Part shown: in pieces, positions 48,890 through 52,270 of the stretch
Position numbering within the stretch: the stretch's first letter is position 1
Layout: each line of letters begins with the position of its first letter
IMG/VR virus record: IMGVR_UViG_3300037424_000697
Location: 1 to 52,270 of that record
Direction: 5' to 3' (one strand)
Origin: a virus
Lineage: Duplodnaviria > Caudoviricetes
DNA length: 52,270 bases
Notes under the pieces: model-generated
The model's database searches: none
Seen by the model: the letters and a program-made list of their open reading frames with translations, nothing else
Told to the model about the DNA's origin: nothing
Program-made: the position numbers and the translations under genes

Positions 48890-49085
48890 ATGAAAAAAAA
48901 AACCTACTATATCCGGTAACGGTAAATATATTGTTGAAGATGGCGAACAGAGAACAAAAACAGCTTATTATATGAAAAAATTGTTAGATAAGGAACAGAT
49001 AATTATGAAATTGCATTTTTTATATTGTGCTCTATATGTTACACTATGTATATTAGTTATAATTTTTTTATTAAAAGGAATATGA
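48890..49085 (+). pseudogene. Small membrane protein gene frameshifted in an A10 run
   Basis: Removing one A from 48893-48902 gives a 64-aa ORF with a C-terminal TM helix. Confidence 0.4.
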
Positions 49086-49086
49086 A

Positions 49087-49218
49087 ATGTATGAACTAAT
49101 TCAGGAACTTGAGCAATCGCTTGACTTGTGCGAAACGGTCGAAATGAATCAATCTATTATTGATTGGATTATTGAAAATAGTTTAACTTATAATATGGAA
49201 GGAACATTACATATCTAA
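49087..49218 (+). CDS. Small acidic protein (43 aa)
   Basis: AAGGA RBS; MYELIQELEQSLDL... Confidence 0.45.
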   Translation: MYELIQELEQSLDLCETVEMNQSIIDWIIENSLTYNMEGTLHI

Positions 49219-49292
49219 TAATCGTCAGGCTGTCGTTCATACGTGAACGTAAAATTTAACTTATATTTGACAATTTACAAAAGGAATTTATT

Positions 49293-50258
49293 ATGAATAC
49301 TAATAATTTTAAAATTGTTTCCGTTTCTTCAATCCTCATGCCCGTTAACGGGATGCTTCGTCCTTTTGAACAGGGAAAACAGGAAAAAGATAAAGAAGGC
49401 AATCCGATTGAAGGAAAGGGCGATAAAGCATATCTTACGTTTTTTGAGAGAAAAACGTCAATGATCAAGGAACTTAGTATATCAGGATACGCGAACCATA
49501 CTCCCATTACAGTGTATGAAGGGCGCAAAGGATTGACAATTGAGATAGAGGAAGGTGTTGTAGATACCGAAGGGAAATACATTGTTGCAGATGGCATGCA
49601 GCGTACCGGAACAGCTTTACAAATCGGAATTGATACACCAGTTCAAATCATGATCATAAGTGAAGTACGTGCAAGAGAGTTAATGATTAGTGCCGGATAC
49701 CATCGTAAACAGAATAGCCCGGCACAATTCACAAAAATACTTCGCGAAGATATAAAGAGCAATCCCGATGTAACTGTCGATTCCCTTTGCAAACGGTATT
49801 CTATGAGTGAAGCGACTATCAAGCGTTTTCTTGATATTTTGACTTTGCCTATAGACGTAACGGATAAAATAGGTGTATCAATCCCGTTACATGTGGGTGT
49901 TACCCTTGCAGATAAAATCAAACGTCTAGGCAAAGGGAAAAAGGAAAACATTGACCTATTGATAATGAGTGCTATTGATGGCACACTGGAAAAAGTAGCG
50001 GGTGACATATCGGCAAAGCAACAGGCGGAAAAATTGGCAAGTAAGAATATTACTCCTGTTTATCAAGAATTGGCGCCTGTTTACAATTCGGAACGGGCAA
50101 GAATTATCAAAGCGGAAATTGACAATATGATTGAAGAGTTGCCCGATTCTGAATTTTTCAAAGGACAATTGGAACTATGGAATTTCATTCACGGAATTTC
50201 AGAGAGTGATCGAAAAGCGGATCACGAAAAATGGGATACTCTTCACGCGAAAAAGTAA
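49293..50258 (+). CDS. ParB-like protein 2 (paralog of 33747..34730)
   Basis: PITV...YIVADGMQR, HTH LCKRYSMSEATIKRFL..L.LP, shared C-terminal SEF..G...KWD. Confidence 0.72.
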   Translation: MNTNNFKIVSVSSILMPVNGMLRPFEQGKQEKDKEGNPIEGKGDKAYLTFFERKTSMIKELSISGYANHTPITVYEGRKGLTIEIEEGVVDTEGKYIVADGMQRTGTALQIGIDTPVQIMIISEVRARELMISAGYHRKQNSPAQFTKILREDIKSNPDVTVDSLCKRYSMSEATIKRFLDILTLPIDVTDKIGVSIPLHVGVTLADKIKRLGKGKKENIDLLIMSAIDGTLEKVAGDISAKQQAEKLASKNITPVYQELAPVYNSERARIIKAEIDNMIEELPDSEFFKGQLELWNFIHGISESDRKADHEKWDTLHAKK

Positions 50259-50282
50259 ACTGGTGAAAGTTAACCTATAACT

Positions 50283-50306
50283 AACGGCACTAAATTTAGT
50301 GCCGTT
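50283..50306 (+). terminator. Hairpin after ParB-like gene 2
   Basis: AACGGCACTAAA-TTTAGTGCCGTT palindrome followed by T-rich sequence. Confidence 0.6.
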
Positions 50307-50331
50307 TACTTTAACTAAAAGAAGGTGTGCT

Positions 50332-50976
50332 ATGTTAAAAAGAATTAAATTATATCACATTGTTGATAATAAAGAAATAATCGGAATACATAAAAGGTTG
50401 ATAGGTGATTGCTCTGGTTTGCATGGTGATTGCTCCGGCTTGATAGGTGATTGCTCCGGCTTACGGGGTGATTGCTCCGGCTTGATAGGTGATTGCTCCG
50501 GCTTGACAGGTGATTGTTCCGGCTTACGGGGTGATTGCTCCGGCTTACGGGGTAATTGTTCCGTTTTGCTAGGTAATTGTACCGACTTGACAGGTGATTG
50601 TACCGACTTGATAGGTGATTGCTCTGGTTTGCATGGTGATTGCTCCGGCTTGATAGGTGATTGCTCCGGCTTACGGGGTGATTGCTCCGGCTTACGGGGT
50701 AATTGCTCCGGCTTATGGAACGATTGCACCGGCTTGACAGGTGATTGTTCCGGCTTACGGGGTAATTGTTCCGGTTTGCACGGTGATTGCACCGGTTTGC
50801 TAGGTAATTGTACCGGCTTGGCAGGTGATTGCACCGGTTTGCACGGTGATTGTTCTTGCTTGGCAGGTGATTGTTCCGGTTTGCACGGTGATTGTTCTTG
50901 CTTGCTAGGCAATCTTAACCTTTGTATAATTGATAAAATAAATGGAACAGATATTAATACTTTAATAAAGGAGTAA
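50332..50976 (+). CDS. Heptapeptide (GDCSGLx) repeat protein
   Basis: About 24 tandem 21-bp units; start at MLKRIK after AAGGTG. Confidence 0.75.
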   Translation: MLKRIKLYHIVDNKEIIGIHKRLIGDCSGLHGDCSGLIGDCSGLRGDCSGLIGDCSGLTGDCSGLRGDCSGLRGNCSVLLGNCTDLTGDCTDLIGDCSGLHGDCSGLIGDCSGLRGDCSGLRGNCSGLWNDCTGLTGDCSGLRGNCSGLHGDCTGLLGNCTGLAGDCTGLHGDCSCLAGDCSGLHGDCSCLLGNLNLCIIDKINGTDINTLIKE

Positions 50977-50984
50977 AATATTCT

Positions 50985-51506
50985 ATGTCAATGTATAGAT
51001 GGGAAGATAAAAAACAGTATTTTCAACGTCTAAAATCAGGTGCCTTTGAGCATACTTATGAGAGAGTTATTCATTATCTAATGAACAACGGGTATGCCGC
51101 AAAAGTCAAGCAAGTATCGGACGCTTTAAGTATTCCAAGGAATACACTTTTATATGTTCACGTTAATAGATGTGAATATCTTGTATATGATAAACAACAC
51201 CAGTTAATTAGTTTGAACAGGAAAGGAAAAACTCTAGGTGATTTAGGTATAGATACAGAATTCCCGGAGGATAATACTAATATTTTTAATTTTGTAACCG
51301 CACTATTAGTTAATAGTGGTATGGATGAAAATGGTGTGTTTGGATTGACGTTCAAAAATAGTATTCCAAACGTGCAACAGTTTTGCAGAGACAAGGGAAT
51401 ACCGTTCGGGACATATGATATTGATCAAAATACTGTTTTTGAACAGTGTAAAAAAATTGCACGTAAATTCAGAAAGGAAGGTGAATTAAGATGTAAAATA
51501 TCCTGA
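50985..51506 (+). CDS. Putative winged-HTH DNA-binding protein
   Basis: AAGGAG RBS; VKQVSDALSIPRNTL HTH-like segment. Confidence 0.5.
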   Translation: MSMYRWEDKKQYFQRLKSGAFEHTYERVIHYLMNNGYAAKVKQVSDALSIPRNTLLYVHVNRCEYLVYDKQHQLISLNRKGKTLGDLGIDTEFPEDNTNIFNFVTALLVNSGMDENGVFGLTFKNSIPNVQQFCRDKGIPFGTYDIDQNTVFEQCKKIARKFRKEGELRCKIS

Positions 51507-51526
51507 CAACTGTAAGATTATTTTAC

Positions 51527-51569
51527 AGCCATATAAACTATTGATATTCAATGGTTTATATGGCTTTTC
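51527..51569 (+). terminator. Long inverted repeat with T-tail; contains an IHF consensus
   Basis: AGCCATATAAAC...GTTTATATGGCT-TTT; TATCAATAGTTTA on the minus strand at 51534-51546. Confidence 0.6.
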
Positions 51570-51632
51570 TATTTTAAGTGTAAAATAGTTTTACATATAG
51601 GTTAATTTACACGGTTAAAGAGCACTTTTTAT

Positions 51633-51648
51633 TGGCACGAGTATTGCT
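51633..51648 (+). promoter_or_regulatory. sigma54 (-24/-12) promoter
   Basis: TGGCAC-GAGTA-TTGCT, a perfect consensus, about 38 bp upstream of ORF 51686. Confidence 0.8.
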
Positions 51649-51685
51649 GTAATATAGGGTACACAATTTAACGAGAGGTTCAATT

Positions 51686-51949
51686 ATGAAGAGAGAATAT
51701 GAATGTAAGATGTACAAAGTGTGTTTTGAAGGTATGTTTCTTCTTTATATGTCATTCAATGTTGCTTATAAAGTAGCATGTATCATACAAAATAAAGGGA
51801 TACAAAGCAGAGTGGACGAGGAAGACGACATAATGTACCTTGATCACGATAATGCGCCTTTTGTTCCTTCTAATTATTTAAGAGGTAATGTATCTTCAAT
51901 TATGGGTAAAGTTACTAATATGGTTGATGCTATAAAATTAATGAGTTAA
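51686..51949 (+). CDS. Hypothetical protein
   Basis: GAGAGG RBS; own promoter and terminator. Confidence 0.6.
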   Translation: MKREYECKMYKVCFEGMFLLYMSFNVAYKVACIIQNKGIQSRVDEEDDIMYLDHDNAPFVPSNYLRGNVSSIMGKVTNMVDAIKLMS

Positions 51950-51975
51950 ATAGCATATTCAATTCAATTAATCCG

Positions 51976-52070
51976 GCACTATGTACACAGTACATAGTGC
52001 TTTTTTATTGGCATAATGTTTACTGTAATCAATTCATCCGGCACTATGTACATAATACATAGTGTTTTTT
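51976..52070 (+). terminator. Two near-identical intrinsic terminators
   Basis: GCACTATGTA-loop-TACATAGTG(C/T)+T-run at 51976-52006 and 52041-52070. Confidence 0.7.
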
Positions 52071-52095
52071 ACTACACACAATATAAAAGTTAACC

Positions 52096-52225
52096 TATAG
52101 TTTACATTGTATAGTTTACATTGTATAGTTTACATTCACGCTTTACATTCACGCTTTACATTCACGCTTTACATTCACGCTTGACGGTTGCGCTTGACGG
52201 TTGCGCTTGACGGTTGCGCTTGACA
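52096..52225 (+). repeat. Three consecutive triplicated 13-14-bp tandem repeats
   Basis: (TATAGTTTACATTG)x3, (ACGCTTTACATTC)x3, (CGCTTGACGGTTG)x3. Confidence 0.9.
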
Positions 52226-52260
52226 AATATTGGGTCCTTTGTCAAATAAAAAGCCGAGTG

Positions 52261-52270
52261 TGTAGGGGTT
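52261..52270. repeat. 10-bp terminal direct repeat, right copy
   Basis: Identical to 1-10. Confidence 0.7.

Noticed and set aside
50355-50912. Minus-strand KPEQSP repeat ORF
   Set aside because: Antisense shadow of the 21-bp repeat; all neighbouring genes and signals are on the plus strand
43272-50920. Diversity-generating retroelement or CRISPR array explaining the repeats
   Set aside because: No reverse transcriptase, no adenine-specific TR/VR pair, and no repeat-unique spacer structure
1-52270. Alternative genetic code or tRNA genes
   Set aside because: Core genes are intact under the standard code with all three stops in use; no tRNA cloverleaf was recognised by eye

Overview
This window looks like a complete, roughly 52.3-kb, low-GC (about one-third by eye) tailed dsDNA phage genome of siphovirus type with a lambda-like head module. 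It begins and ends with the same 10-mer (TGTAGGGGTT), which sits inside a dyad resembling a cos site. The left arm (+) carries terS, about 7.6 kb of cargo (a class-3-lipase-like protein, modular beta-rich proteins, a beta-helix protein, a TM protein), then GpA-type terL, portal, S49 protease/scaffold, decoration protein, capsid, two paralogous tail-tube genes, a frameshifted chaperone, tape measure and hub. A short leftward operon holds an AEP primase-helicase and a DEDDh exonuclease. The rightward early/replication arm holds a ParB-like protein, a DUF5664-like protein, SNF2 helicase, M15 peptidase, ClpX-like ATPase, PolA, ligase, VRR-NUC, a ThyX-like protein and a PD-(D/E)XK nuclease. The terminal region has sigma54-type promoters, IHF sites and a second ParB paralog. 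I recognised no integrase, repressor, ParA, tRNA or CRISPR array. The most striking unexplained signal is the hexamer ACCTAG/CTAGGT (often TCTAGGTNA). I counted about 125 copies by eye, on both strands and in several reading frames, clustered at promoters, in a phage that encodes two ParB-like proteins but no ParA. This is a candidate dispersed-site genome-coating or marking system. All protein calls come from motif recognition and synteny, not database searches.
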